Part shown: positions 29,799-40,009 of the stretch, piece by piece | How the letters are laid out: each line of letters begins with the position of its first letter | How positions within the stretch are numbered: position 1 is the first letter of the stretch | DNA from: Deltaproteobacteria bacterium | GTDB taxonomy: Bacteria > Desulfobacterota > Desulfomonilia > UBA1062 | Reading direction: 5' to 3' | Length of the DNA: 64,000 nt | Assembly (NCBI GenBank): GCA_018434685.1 | Contig: JAHDOV010000012.1 | Coordinates: 1,590 to 65,589, forward strand | Notes under the pieces: generated by a model | Seen by the model: the letters and a program-made list of their open reading frames with translations, nothing else | What the model was told of the DNA's origin: nothing | Database searches by the model: none | Made by a program: the position numbers and the translations under genes

Positions 29799-31502
29799 AT
29801 GAACAACAACAGGGTTCTTTTCTCATCGGTGTTCGGACCATACGGAATCAAGGATGAATGGGGTGAGGAACTCGGCATGCAGATGGAGCTCCTGAACAAT
29901 CAGGTCACGCGCCAGCAGGGGGTTCACTCACCGCGACAGTCATATCTCTCGTTTGCGCTCTACCTCCTGGCAGAAAATATCTCTGTTCCAAGCACGGTGC
30001 TCGATTTTCCCGGATGGGACGAATTTGTCAGCGAGCTCGATCACGGCTACACGCATGTAGCCATTTCCTTCATTGTGCCCAATGTGCTCAAGGTCAAGAG
30101 AATGGCTGAGTACATCAGGCTGCATTATCCTGAGGTGAAGATTCTCCTTGGCGGGTACGGCACCATCATTCCCGATCTTGAAAGGCTGGTTCCCCACGAT
30201 GCATGCTGCAGGGGTGAAGGGGTGAAATGGATCAGGAATTACTTCGGCGATGACCCGGAGGCGCCGATCGTGCATCCTGTCCTGAAAAATCCTGTCTACA
30301 ACTATATATACGGAATGCCCTCGACACCTCGCGGTTCGGTCATTTTCCCGGGGGTCGGCTGTGAGAACGGCTGCAGATTCTGCATTACCTCGCACATGTT
30401 CAAGAAGGAGCACATCCCCCTGCTGAAGGGAGGCCGCGAAATGTTCGATGTCTGCCAGAGGGCCCAAAGGGAACTGGGGGCACGAAACTTCATGGTGCTC
30501 GACGAGAATTTCCTCAAACACGACAAACGGGCCAGAGAGCTTCTCGATGAAATGACAACCGCCATCAGGCCTTATACCTTTGTGACGTTTTCCTCTGCGG
30601 AAAACATCCGCCGGGTCGGGACCGACTTTCTGGTCAGGGCAGGCATCACCCGCCTATGGGTAGGGGTCGAATCAAAGCTAAATCTCCATGACAAGACAAA
30701 GGGGATCGACCTGAAGGAGCTCTTCAGGGAACTGAGGTCAAAGGGAATAATCGTGCTGGCCTCAACAATCCTTTTCCATGATCATCATGACAGGGACACG
30801 TTAAAAGAAGAGATCGACTGGGTTATCGATCTTGACACGGACCTCGTGCAGTTCATGAACTATCATCCCTGGCCCGGCACTCCGCTCTACGAAGACCTTC
30901 AGCGAGAACACCGCCTGAAAAAGGTACCCTACCGCCACCAGCATGGGGCTGCCGAGCTCAGTTTCATACATCCCAATTTTCAAAGACCCGAAGATCATGA
31001 GAACCATCTCAGGCAGGCCTTCCGGCGCAATTACGAGAGGAAAGGCCCCTCCATCGTCAATATGGCGAAGACGGCATTGTCCGGTTATCTGCAGGCGGTT
31101 ACAGATTATGACCAGAGGCAGGCCCAGGGCATGACATGGAATGCGGAGCTGATGCGGTATGAAAAAACCGGCAGGCATGATATAGACCTGTACATGCTGG
31201 AGAGAATAGAGGTGATGAAGAATGAGGCCATGCGCTATTTCCCCTCGCTGCTGCCTGCCCTGGTGTTCGGTCCCAACTTAAGGTCACGCCTGAAGGTCCT
31301 CTCGGTGATGAGGCTCTACCGCAAGGCCATGGGAGGGGTGAAGGTCACGGATATCCTCAAGTCCCTGGTGCTGTCCGCAAGCGGCTTTGTTGAGTTCGGC
31401 CGGATCCTCTTCAACCGGGCACAGGGACACGAAGGGATCATCCGCCAGCCCCGGGTTCACCGGGTGGAGTACCCGGGAAACAGGTCCCTGGTGAAGACAT
31501 GA
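29799..31502 (+). CDS. B12-binding domain radical SAM protein
   Basis: An N-terminal cobalamin-binding-like domain is followed by a radical SAM CxxxCxxC motif (GCENGCRFC). Confidence 0.85.
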   Translation: MNNNRVLFSSVFGPYGIKDEWGEELGMQMELLNNQVTRQQGVHSPRQSYLSFALYLLAENISVPSTVLDFPGWDEFVSELDHGYTHVAISFIVPNVLKVKRMAEYIRLHYPEVKILLGGYGTIIPDLERLVPHDACCRGEGVKWIRNYFGDDPEAPIVHPVLKNPVYNYIYGMPSTPRGSVIFPGVGCENGCRFCITSHMFKKEHIPLLKGGREMFDVCQRAQRELGARNFMVLDENFLKHDKRARELLDEMTTAIRPYTFVTFSSAENIRRVGTDFLVRAGITRLWVGVESKLNLHDKTKGIDLKELFRELRSKGIIVLASTILFHDHHDRDTLKEEIDWVIDLDTDLVQFMNYHPWPGTPLYEDLQREHRLKKVPYRHQHGAAELSFIHPNFQRPEDHENHLRQAFRRNYERKGPSIVNMAKTALSGYLQAVTDYDQRQAQGMTWNAELMRYEKTGRHDIDLYMLERIEVMKNEAMRYFPSLLPALVFGPNLRSRLKVLSVMRLYRKAMGGVKVTDILKSLVLSASGFVEFGRILFNRAQGHEGIIRQPRVHRVEYPGNRSLVKT

Positions 31503-32593
31503 CGAACAGGAATGATCTTGTTTTCCTTGCAGGCCGCACTGCGTTTGAGCGGATTCAGGATGCAGGCCTTCAGCCCGAGGATGTCGCCGTGGTGGCAGGT
31601 GCGTCCGGTGCCGCCAAGTGGCTGATCATCTCCGAACTGGACAAGGCCATCTTCAGCCAGTGGTTGAAGGATCGAAAAACCCCTCTGCCGCTCTTCGGCA
31701 CCTCGATCGGTTCATGGAAGCTTGCCGCGGCCGCACAGGATGATCCCTCCTCTGCGTTTGAGACCCTGGCGCAGTCCTATATTCACCAGCACTACGAGGG
31801 AAAAGTCACTCCTAAGCAGGTAACGGCCGAAGGTTGGCGGATACTGGACTCCTACCTTCCCCAGGAGAAAGTGAAGGAAATCCTCTCCCATCCCGTGATG
31901 AGGTTCAACCTCTGCGCAGTGAGGTGCAAGGGATTGACTGCCACGAGGAAGATCTTCCTGCAGCTTCTCGCACTGGGTATATCATCTCTTGCCAACCGGA
32001 TCAGCCCGAGACTGCTCTCGCTGCTCTTTGAACGAACCCTCTTCCATGATTCCCGCGACCCCTCCTCGTTGTTTGACAAAAGTGAGTTTCCCCTGCAGAG
32101 GGTGCCCCTGGATGAAAAGAATTTCCGCCGTGCCTTGATGGCCTCCGGGTCCATTCCCCTGGCCATGGAAGGGGTAACGGGCATCCCGGGTGCCCATGAA
32201 GGTGTCTATCGGGACGGCGGGATCCTCGACTACCATCCTTCATCGTTCTATCCTGGTGAGGGAACAGGCATCGTGCTCTATCCGCATTTTTACAGCAGGC
32301 TGATTCCAGGCTGGTTCGACAAGTCCCTTCCCTGGCGCAGCCCCAGGCCGGAACACCTCAAGAACATGCTCCTCCTGGCCCCATCTCAGGAATTCATCTC
32401 CCGTCTTCCGTATGGAAGCATCCCTGACAGGAAGGATTTCGTGCGCTTTCACGGGCGTGATGAAGAGCGTATCGCTTTCTGGAATGAGGCGAGGCGAGAA
32501 GGGGAAAGACTGGCGGATGACTTTATGGAAAGTGTCCTGAGCGGATCGATCCGCACGAAGGTTATGCCGTTGGAAGAGCAATGGCCACAATAG
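31499..32593 (+). CDS. Patatin-like phospholipase family protein
   Basis: It has the GxSxG motif (GTSIGSW) and a catalytic DGG (YRDGGILD). It overlaps the radical SAM gene stop (ATGA). Confidence 0.8.
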   Translation: MTNRNDLVFLAGRTAFERIQDAGLQPEDVAVVAGASGAAKWLIISELDKAIFSQWLKDRKTPLPLFGTSIGSWKLAAAAQDDPSSAFETLAQSYIHQHYEGKVTPKQVTAEGWRILDSYLPQEKVKEILSHPVMRFNLCAVRCKGLTATRKIFLQLLALGISSLANRISPRLLSLLFERTLFHDSRDPSSLFDKSEFPLQRVPLDEKNFRRALMASGSIPLAMEGVTGIPGAHEGVYRDGGILDYHPSSFYPGEGTGIVLYPHFYSRLIPGWFDKSLPWRSPRPEHLKNMLLLAPSQEFISRLPYGSIPDRKDFVRFHGRDEERIAFWNEARREGERLADDFMESVLSGSIRTKVMPLEEQWPQ

Positions 32594-32788
32594 GTCAAGC
32601 TAGACCATGGGGCAGGCGCCCTGAATAAGAAGCAGCAGGTATGGCATGAGCTGCAAGAAAGAAGCTGATCCCAAGAGCGTTGTAGTGTTATCTGAAAGTT
32701 CAATATTTAGTTATTCAAGGTCTTGTCATCCGGGAAATGATCCCTATTAGTTAATTAAAAAATCAAACTCTTCATAAAGGAGCTCTAC

Positions 32789-33274
32789 ATGCCGGTGGTC
32801 GGTATCTTAATGGCACATGCACTGTTCGGCGTGCTCGGGACGCTCGCTGTGGTTGCACTGTTTTTCGATGTGCTCAACTTGTCTTCAGCAAACATAAACA
32901 GGGTCAAGAAGCTTTGTCTCGTCACGGTTGCCCTTTTCGTCCTCTCATACCTTGCAGGTGGGTACTGGTACGTTGCTCATTATGCACCTGAGAAAGCCCT
33001 GATCCTGGCCGGTCCGTGGCCGTGGGCTCATAAATATTTTATGGAGGTGAAGGAACATGTCTTCTTCCTTCTCCTGCTGCTCGCATTTTATCTGCCGATT
33101 CCGATCTTCAACGCCAAGATCCTCGAAAGTGCAGGGTTGAAAAAAATTATACTAACGGTGCTGGGCCTCATGGTTGTGCTCGGTCTCACTATGGACGGAT
33201 TCGGGGCAATCATAGCCATGGGATCAAAAGTGGCAACTTTAGCCAAGCTCGCTGCACCTGTAGCAGGAGGTTGA
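32789..33274 (+). CDS. Hypothetical membrane protein (4 TM)
   Basis: A hydrophobic ORF in a lower-GC region, with an AT-rich upstream region and a ggag RBS. Confidence 0.5.
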   Translation: MPVVGILMAHALFGVLGTLAVVALFFDVLNLSSANINRVKKLCLVTVALFVLSYLAGGYWYVAHYAPEKALILAGPWPWAHKYFMEVKEHVFFLLLLLAFYLPIPIFNAKILESAGLKKIILTVLGLMVVLGLTMDGFGAIIAMGSKVATLAKLAAPVAGG

Positions 33275-33275
33275 C

Positions 33276-33584
33276 ATGGAAAATATATCACGTTCTGACT
33301 TCATTGTGGGATTCGGATTATCTTTCCTGGTAGTGAGCATAATCAACGCCATCCTTGTTATTGAGAAAGAGGCCAATGAGGGACTGAAAAACTGGATGGC
33401 AGGTCTCCTTGGCCACCACTGGGTAACCCATGGTGTGTTCATCATCCTCCTGTTCTTTGTGCTGGGCTTAGTGTTTTCCCGCATCAGATTCAACGAGCAG
33501 TGGTATGGAGCAAGAACTGCGGCAGTTATATTGATCGGAGCAATTATCGGTGGTGGCATTATCGTGCTGTCTCCACTGTTTTAA
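33276..33584 (+). CDS. Hypothetical small membrane protein (3 TM)
   Basis: It lies immediately downstream of the previous gene. Confidence 0.5.
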   Translation: MENISRSDFIVGFGLSFLVVSIINAILVIEKEANEGLKNWMAGLLGHHWVTHGVFIILLFFVLGLVFSRIRFNEQWYGARTAAVILIGAIIGGGIIVLSPLF

Positions 33585-33623
33585 GGCAGGGATAAGGGAT
33601 TAATAATAACCACAGTCGAGTAG

Positions 33624-33833
33624 TTGTATTCAATCTGCGTTACTGCAACCAACGATCCCCAGGAGGCTTTAAGTTTTTCCATGAATGAACCGGATAAGTT
33701 CTTCTGGTTGATAACCGACCAGGTTATGCCCATGATGAACGGTCATGAGCTCTTAACAAGGGTGAGTGAGATTCAGCCGAGAAATTCTTTCAGGGCAACC
33801 GCATTATTATGTTCGATGTCTTTGGCAGAGTAG
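33624..33833 (+). pseudogene. Response-regulator receiver-domain remnant
   Basis: The fragment ...DQVMPMMNGHELLTRVSEIQP resembles the Dx(M/L)P.MDG.EL core of a REC domain but is far too short. Confidence 0.3.
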
Positions 33834-33979
33834 AGAAAGGTAACTGTCCCGTGCTTCGCATCCCGCTTCAGTCTTTCAAGGATCTCCGTCTTCTCTATCA
33901 ACTCCTGTCTGTATTTCTCCTTTGTGTATAGTCCCTCCACAACCGCTCGAACTGAACGTCTTGACGCTTGTCCGCACAT
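33773..33979 (-). pseudogene. DUF488 (YeaO-like) C-terminal fragment
   Basis: The DUF488 C-terminus TVTFLYSAKDIEHNNAVALKEFL is present. The N-terminal ~50 aa are missing and there is no RBS. Confidence 0.35.
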
Positions 33980-33985
33980 TTTATC

Positions 33986-35230
33986 TCAGGGCAAACGCGA
34001 TGTGTCTCTCTTGAAGATGTATGTGATAAGCCAGTCTGCCACGATCTGGAGTCTGTTCTTGTACCTGGGGAGCAACGCGAGCTTGAAGGCCTTCCAGATC
34101 ACCCAAGCAATAAAGCCCTGGAACTGGTGTCCATAGACCTCACACACCCCTGACATGAATCCCAGTGATGCCATATCCCCACGATAATGGAAGTGAAACG
34201 GGATGAGGGGCTTCTTTTGCATCTGTTTCGCTATATTATCAGCGACGGATCGTGCTTCCTGAACCGCAACCGAGGCCGTGGGCGGCAAAGGATTACTGTT
34301 CTGTACAAAGTGCGCAGCATCTCCGATCACGTAGACGTCGGGGTAACCTGGTATCTGAAGATAATTGTCTACCATGATACGGTTGATCGAATCCCTCTCG
34401 ATATCCTGTTTGGTATTCAGATCAAGTGCGCGTATACCACCGGTCCAGATGAGAATTCCTTTGGGCAGACGGATATCATTATTAAGACCTATCGTGTTTT
34501 CATCTACCCAATCAAGCCGGGTGTTAAATAAGAGCTCAACCCCTAATGCCTTGAGTCTTTCCATTGCGACCTGAGACAGGTATGCGGGAAAGGATGTCAG
34601 GATCTTACCGGCTGTCTCAATCATAGTGATCCGGACTTCCGGACGGGCTATCTCAGGGTAGTCCTTTTCAAGTATGATGTTGATGAATTGTGCTATTTCA
34701 GCAATCAGCTCTACCCCTGTACAACCGCCGCCCACAACATTGATCGTCAAGAGAGCCCTCCTTCTGTCTTGATTTTTTTCGAGGGCACCCTTTTCCAAGT
34801 GCTCGATGATCCTGTTTCTTATTGTGCTTCCATCACCGATGGTCTTTAAAGAAAGTGAATTTTCCTTGAGGCCGGGGATGGAATAAAAATTGGATTCACT
34901 CCCCTGGGCGAGGATGAGGTTATCGAAAGAAAACCGTCCCGATGTGGTTTCAAGCACCCTGGCCTCGAGATCAACGGCAGTCACCTCCTCACAACGTACA
35001 TGTATCTCGCCTGCATTGATAACTTTTCGGAGAGGAACTACCACATGCCTGGCATTAACGGTACCGGTTGCCATTTCATGGAGGACCGGCGTGTAGAGGA
35101 GAAAATTGTTCTTGTCGAAAAGGGTGATCTCGATCGTGCCTCCCAACCTTCTCCTCAGGGATGACACGGTGCACAGACCTGCAAATCCTCCTCCAAGTAT
35201 TCCGACACTTCTCTTCCCATTCACGTTCAT
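33986..35230 (-). CDS. NAD(P)/FAD-dependent oxidoreductase, type II NADH dehydrogenase (NDH-2) family
   Basis: Two Rossmann GxGxxG motifs (ILGGGFAG; VVGGGCTGVE) and the NDH-2 layout. The start was chosen at MNVNGK after a ggag RBS. Confidence 0.8.
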   Translation of the reverse strand: MNVNGKRSVGILGGGFAGLCTVSSLRRRLGGTIEITLFDKNNFLLYTPVLHEMATGTVNARHVVVPLRKVINAGEIHVRCEEVTAVDLEARVLETTSGRFSFDNLILAQGSESNFYSIPGLKENSLSLKTIGDGSTIRNRIIEHLEKGALEKNQDRRRALLTINVVGGGCTGVELIAEIAQFINIILEKDYPEIARPEVRITMIETAGKILTSFPAYLSQVAMERLKALGVELLFNTRLDWVDENTIGLNNDIRLPKGILIWTGGIRALDLNTKQDIERDSINRIMVDNYLQIPGYPDVYVIGDAAHFVQNSNPLPPTASVAVQEARSVADNIAKQMQKKPLIPFHFHYRGDMASLGFMSGVCEVYGHQFQGFIAWVIWKAFKLALLPRYKNRLQIVADWLITYIFKRDTSRLP

Positions 35231-35433
35231 GACTCCATACCGGTGTACCGGCCCGGATATTACCTTCGTGATCACCGATGGCCGGATCATGCACGCAACC
35301 CACCTACATAGCTCTGCATGACAGCCCAGATGGATCATCCCTTCATCACTATTCAGTTGGCCTGTGTCTGTTCCAGGATATCCACTAATAAGATACTATG
35401 GAGCTTACGAAGAACTTCTCCGCAGCAGCGCAT

Positions 35434-35895
35434 TTAATAGACGGATTTCATCCACCCTGTTTGCTTGTCAATCATGAGTTTATCTACCAGCGAACCCTCT
35501 TTCGTGACGATTTCCGCTTCAAAATATTTCTCACTATCCGTTAATTTTCCACCCTTCAGGTTGGGATTACCTAATGTGGTAAGATAATTCTCGAACAGCA
35601 CTTTTGCCTGATCCATCGTTATGGGTTGTCCGGAACGGTTGTAACTGCGACAGCCGTAGCCTGAACCGGAACCCATCATGCTCCCGGGTCCATACCCCTG
35701 TCCATATCCCATCATGCCACCATGTCCTTGCCCCATCATGCCCGGCCCCATGCCATATTGACCGGCCCACGGGCAGAACCAGCCGGAATCCTGATCAGAT
35801 GAAGGGTCACTCTCATCATCGGCTAAACAGATCTGGACGACACCAAGCGCCAGGGTAACCAAGAGAACCAGACCAACCATTTTTGTTGTCTTCAT
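35434..35895 (-). CDS. Secreted Met/Gly-rich protein with a C-terminal PepSY-like domain
   Basis: It has a signal peptide and a low-complexity GMGPGMMGQGHGGMMGYGQGYGPGSMMGSGSGYG region. The C-terminus is PepSY-like: GGKLTDSEKYFEAEIVTKEGSLVDKLMIDKQTGWM. Confidence 0.6.
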   Translation of the reverse strand: MKTTKMVGLVLLVTLALGVVQICLADDESDPSSDQDSGWFCPWAGQYGMGPGMMGQGHGGMMGYGQGYGPGSMMGSGSGYGCRSYNRSGQPITMDQAKVLFENYLTTLGNPNLKGGKLTDSEKYFEAEIVTKEGSLVDKLMIDKQTGWMKSVY

Positions 35896-36266
35896 ACGTT
35901 CCTCCTTTGAAAAAGATCATTAAAAAATAGGGGCGATAACAAGAAAAGCAATCCGGCGAACTAATCAATGCTACGAACCCCAGGTCAAGCCCTGTACAAT
36001 GTTCCGCAGAAAACTGCGGAAAATGAACCCTAAGCTTCTTGTCCGGGCGGCGACGTGTCCTGCGAAGCTCATAAGCGAAGCAGGTCGTGTCCGGCATAGC
36101 AAAAACGCGAAGACGGATTGAATGGACGTCCGTGAGTTCCCCGCCACTTCAATTGCAGGGATTATCACGGACTCATCGCCTGCCTGGCAACCTCTCTGCA
36201 ATCTCATTGCCTGGAAGACATACTCATGGTAGAAACCGATAAAAACATTCGAGGAGAGGGTCGTAT

Positions 36267-36464
36267 ATGCTGACAAAAAGCGGGAAGAAGCTCGAAGAGA
36301 TCATCAAGAAGGCCATCGACGATCAGGTAATAACGAACTCCGAGTATGAGGAGATCATCGCGCTGGCGAACGAAGACGGCGTGATCGACGCCCACGAGAG
36401 GGTGCTCCTGCAGGAGCTCAACGACCTTATCTCAGACAAGTCGGTCAAGCGCATACCACGGTAG
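36267..36464 (+). CDS. Small hypothetical protein (65 aa)
   Basis: An ORF with a terminator 45 nt downstream. Confidence 0.4.
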   Translation: MLTKSGKKLEEIIKKAIDDQVITNSEYEEIIALANEDGVIDAHERVLLQELNDLISDKSVKRIPR

Positions 36465-36507
36465 CACAAGCACCAGGGCGCAGGAAGGTCCGGGCAGAAT
36501 CAAAAAG

Positions 36508-36548
36508 GGAACAGGTCGGAAAGGCACTATCACCTGTTCCCTTTTTTT
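36508..36548 (+). terminator. Rho-independent terminator
   Basis: The stem gggaacaggt ... acctgttccc is followed by a T7 run. Confidence 0.6.
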
Positions 36549-36815
36549 GTCCTTTATTATTCAGGCGACGGGCTCTTTTGCGGGGAGGAATTCAGGGGCG
36601 GGTTCACGTTTCACTGTCCCCAATTCACCAAAGGCCTGTTTTCTTAAGAACCCTGTGAGTCGTGCACGGATCATATTATAAAAACCATGGAGAAATCCGA
36701 TATCCTCTATCGAAGAGACTCATCAGGGTACTTCAGGCTGCAGCAATGACCGAAACGCCGTTGTGCAGCACCGGTTAAAGTATGAAAGAAACATCACCTA
36801 GAGCGAGGTACACAC

Positions 36816-38231
36816 ATGAAGAAACGTTTTTATCCGATGCTGAGTGCGTTTTTGGTCGTATCGGCACTGATCCTGGGCGCGGCAACTCTGTGGGCTTATG
36901 AAGGGAACTGCGTGTGCGCTTCCTGCAACAGGGCCTGCGGCAGCGGCCATGCATCGAACTGCCCGTACGGCGGAGGTGGCGGCGGTGACGACGGAGACTC
37001 GGGGTATTCAGGCGGTGCTTCCTTCGAGAGGGCGCCCATCTTTGTCGCACCCGTGGGAATCGTGGGAGGAGTGTTTGCGGGTGCCGTCTGGTACGGCAAA
37101 CAGATAACCGGAAATTCTTCGGATGACTTCTTCCTTGAGAGCTATAAGAACTTCCTCAAGGTCCCGGACAGCGACGAGTGGGCCGCGGGTTCATTCACCT
37201 TTGGTCTGCGTATGGGCGGTCTTCCCTGGCTGGCATTGTATGTCCCCACAGGGCCCATCAGTTATGGCGTTGCATCCGCTTACAAGGCTGCAACAAAGCC
37301 GAAGCCGAAACCGGTCGATCCCAATATCGCCGTCTATGAGCTCATAGCAAAGAATTATGCAGAGCTGAGCAAGACCACGGACGGGGAGCTCAGGAAAGCG
37401 CACGGCAACGTCGAAGCGGCCGGGATGCGCCGCACGGTGATGCTCGACAAGCACATCGAGGGAAGCCAGGAGCTTCGCGAGCTCAAGGAAAGAGAGGGAA
37501 TAGAGGCTGCCCGAGCGCGGGCGGGAAAACAGCTCGACTCATGGAGCAAAGCCCGGGCAGAAAAGAAGAAGCTCGCCATGGCGTTAACACAGAGCATCCG
37601 AGAAAAGGACGCCGCGATCAAGGACGCAATCGACAATGCCAACCCCGCGAGCTTCCTGGTGGATCTCAATCTGTCCAAGACAGAGACCCATCTGGAGAAC
37701 GTGCTTCAGGACAAGACCCTGCCGCAGGGCGTGCAGGATTCCCTGAAGCGGGAGCTGAAGGTCTCCGGGCTGCTGTCAAAGGGCAAGACGGCCTATGACA
37801 TCGGCGCCAACGTGAAGGAGATCGCAGACTCGTACAAAAAGGCCGAGGCAGAGGGCAAGGATGCCGCACAGTGGATCGAAGACCGCGAGGCCCGCGAAAA
37901 GGTATGGCGGCTCAAGATCAAGATGCTGTCGGTTCCGCTGTCCGGCGGTGCAGGCACTGCTGTCGGTGCAGCCGAAACCGCCACGGACATTGCCTATGCA
38001 GCCACGGCCGGCGTGCTCCTGAGCAGTCAGATCGACGCCGAGATGGCGACGCTCGAGAAGCTGCAGACCGCTCAGGTCTTCCACGATGCCATGGCAGACG
38101 ACTGGGACGAGGTAAACATCGCCATCAAGGCCGCCCGGGCAAACGAAGAGACCATCCGCTTAAGGGGCGAGCAGTACAAGAAAATGCAGAAGGAGAATGA
38201 AGGCTATGCAACAGTACTTCGCTGGAAATAA
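36816..38231 (+). CDS. Secreted Cys-rich N-terminus / long coiled-coil hypothetical protein
   Basis: It has a signal peptide, the Cys cluster CVCASCNRACGSGHASNCPYGGGGGGDDGD, and about 250 aa of charged helical sequence. Confidence 0.55.
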   Translation: MKKRFYPMLSAFLVVSALILGAATLWAYEGNCVCASCNRACGSGHASNCPYGGGGGGDDGDSGYSGGASFERAPIFVAPVGIVGGVFAGAVWYGKQITGNSSDDFFLESYKNFLKVPDSDEWAAGSFTFGLRMGGLPWLALYVPTGPISYGVASAYKAATKPKPKPVDPNIAVYELIAKNYAELSKTTDGELRKAHGNVEAAGMRRTVMLDKHIEGSQELRELKEREGIEAARARAGKQLDSWSKARAEKKKLAMALTQSIREKDAAIKDAIDNANPASFLVDLNLSKTETHLENVLQDKTLPQGVQDSLKRELKVSGLLSKGKTAYDIGANVKEIADSYKKAEAEGKDAAQWIEDREAREKVWRLKIKMLSVPLSGGAGTAVGAAETATDIAYAATAGVLLSSQIDAEMATLEKLQTAQVFHDAMADDWDEVNIAIKAARANEETIRLRGEQYKKMQKENEGYATVLRWK

Positions 38232-38715
38232 TTGTATCCGTATCGTCGTCTGCCTGGCAGTGCTGGCGCTGGCCGCAGGCTGCGCCACCACCCCGAAGCA
38301 GACCGTTCCCTATCCTGCGTATTCCGACAGCGACTGCCAGGCAGCCGTCAAGGCAGGGGCCCTGGCAATGACCGACTTCAGCCGCGAGCACACGCTCGCC
38401 CAGATGGAGAACCGGCAAGCGGATTATACGAAAGCGAGGGAGAGCCTCGCCAACACCCTTGCCGTGCTCGAGCCCGGCAAGGTGAGCCCAGCAAAGCCCA
38501 AATACGAACGGATCGCCGTGTGCTTCGAGACGGCGTTGTCAGGGATCGACCATGTCGTCGCCGGCCAGAGGGCGGGAGACCAGGGAGAGGAAGCGCTGGG
38601 CTGGGAGATATTCGACCAGTCTGCAGGCGAGCTTCTGCTCGTGCTCGAGCCGCATGCAAACACTGCTGCACAAGGCCCGGTGCAATCCGACAGCCGGCGC
38701 AGGCCTCAGCCGTAA
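38206..38715 (+). CDS. Hypothetical lipoprotein
   Basis: It has a lipobox (LALAAGC) and overlaps the end of the coiled-coil gene. Confidence 0.5.
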   Translation: MQQYFAGNNCIRIVVCLAVLALAAGCATTPKQTVPYPAYSDSDCQAAVKAGALAMTDFSREHTLAQMENRQADYTKARESLANTLAVLEPGKVSPAKPKYERIAVCFETALSGIDHVVAGQRAGDQGEEALGWEIFDQSAGELLLVLEPHANTAAQGPVQSDSRRRPQP

Positions 38716-38746
38716 ATGCTCAACGAGATCTCAAGGGGAGGATTAC

Positions 38747-40009
38747 ATGGGAAGAACCTGTACATTGGGCGTTTGGACAAAAGTATTTGCCGTGGTGTTT
38801 TTCTCGCTCGGCCTGTCTCTGGCTGCCCGTGCCGACATGGGCAGAGTCTATGTCAGCCTTGATCCGGTCACGGTGAGCGAGGACTCGCAGAAGGCCATCA
38901 TCCTGCACAATCTCGCTGAAGAGGTCCTGATCCTGGGCACCGACCTCAGGGCCTCGAAGAAGACCGGGGTCATCAGGTTCATCCCCTTCCCTGCCGAGCC
39001 TGCTGTCGACCTGGCGCCCGAGGGCGCCTTCGAGAAGGCAGCGGCCATGATCAAGAAATACGGATTGAAATATCAGTATCTTCACTATACGAAAGGCGGC
39101 CCTGCCGATGCGGAAACGCAGGGAGTCGAGCTTCGCCTGAACAAGAAGCTAGGTGCCCATGACCTGACGATCATCAAGGTCAACGACGTCTCGCAGTTCA
39201 GGCAGTGGGTGAACGAATACTTCAAGGCGAGGGGGCTTCCCGCGAAAGAGCAGTATCCCGAGGAAGAGGCCGTGGTGGATGACTATGTGAAACGGGGGCT
39301 CATCTACTTTGTCCTCGATTATGTCGAGGTCTCCGACGAGCCGCGCTTCATCGAGCCCGTCGCATACCGGTTCACAAGCAAAGAGCTGTACTATCCGCTG
39401 AAAACATCGAACACCTTCGGCGGTCAGGGCAGCATCGAGCTGATCATCATCGCGCCCACCACCTTGTGTTTTGCCGGCAACGAGCCCCTCGACCCCTACA
39501 GCGGAGCGCTCTACAAGGAAGAGCACCCTCAAGCGCAGAGGCCCTACGGCCAGAGGCCGCTGTGCCTGAACATCCCCGTCATAGCGAGCACCTCGGCGCT
39601 TCTCGTAAAGAAAGATAAGGACCTGGACGGGATTTATCCCGGTGGAGAGGATTTCTTCAAAGACCAGAAGGCATTCATCCAGGTGGTGAGCTATACGGGC
39701 AACTACTTCTTCAATGACGATATCTTCGTCGATGTCTCCACAGGCATGCCGGCCGAGGCAGGGGTGTATGAAGAGGAAAAGGATGACCGCTATGGCGAGG
39801 TATTTACTTCTCTCGCCGACCCCGCAAAAAAAAGATGCTCTCTGAAGCCGGACCCGGGGCCGTGCAAGGCCCTGTTCGAACGGTATTACTACGACCCTGT
39901 CAGCAAGACCTGCAAGGCATTCTTCTGGGGCGGCTGTGGCGGGGTCGTGCCCTTCGAGACAGAAGAGGAATGCAAGAAATGCCTTGAAGACGGAGGAACA
40001 AGCAAATGA
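38747..40009 (+). CDS. Secreted protein with a C-terminal Kunitz/BPTI serine-protease-inhibitor domain
   Basis: An ATG follows an aggggagg RBS and a signal peptide follows. The last ~55 aa, CSLKPDPGPCKALFERYYYDPVSKTCKAFFWGGCGGVVPFETEEECKKC, match the Kunitz six-Cys spacing and the GPC...RYYY...C..F.YGGC...EEC..C signature. Confidence 0.7.
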   Translation: MGRTCTLGVWTKVFAVVFFSLGLSLAARADMGRVYVSLDPVTVSEDSQKAIILHNLAEEVLILGTDLRASKKTGVIRFIPFPAEPAVDLAPEGAFEKAAAMIKKYGLKYQYLHYTKGGPADAETQGVELRLNKKLGAHDLTIIKVNDVSQFRQWVNEYFKARGLPAKEQYPEEEAVVDDYVKRGLIYFVLDYVEVSDEPRFIEPVAYRFTSKELYYPLKTSNTFGGQGSIELIIIAPTTLCFAGNEPLDPYSGALYKEEHPQAQRPYGQRPLCLNIPVIASTSALLVKKDKDLDGIYPGGEDFFKDQKAFIQVVSYTGNYFFNDDIFVDVSTGMPAEAGVYEEEKDDRYGEVFTSLADPAKKRCSLKPDPGPCKALFERYYYDPVSKTCKAFFWGGCGGVVPFETEEECKKCLEDGGTSK

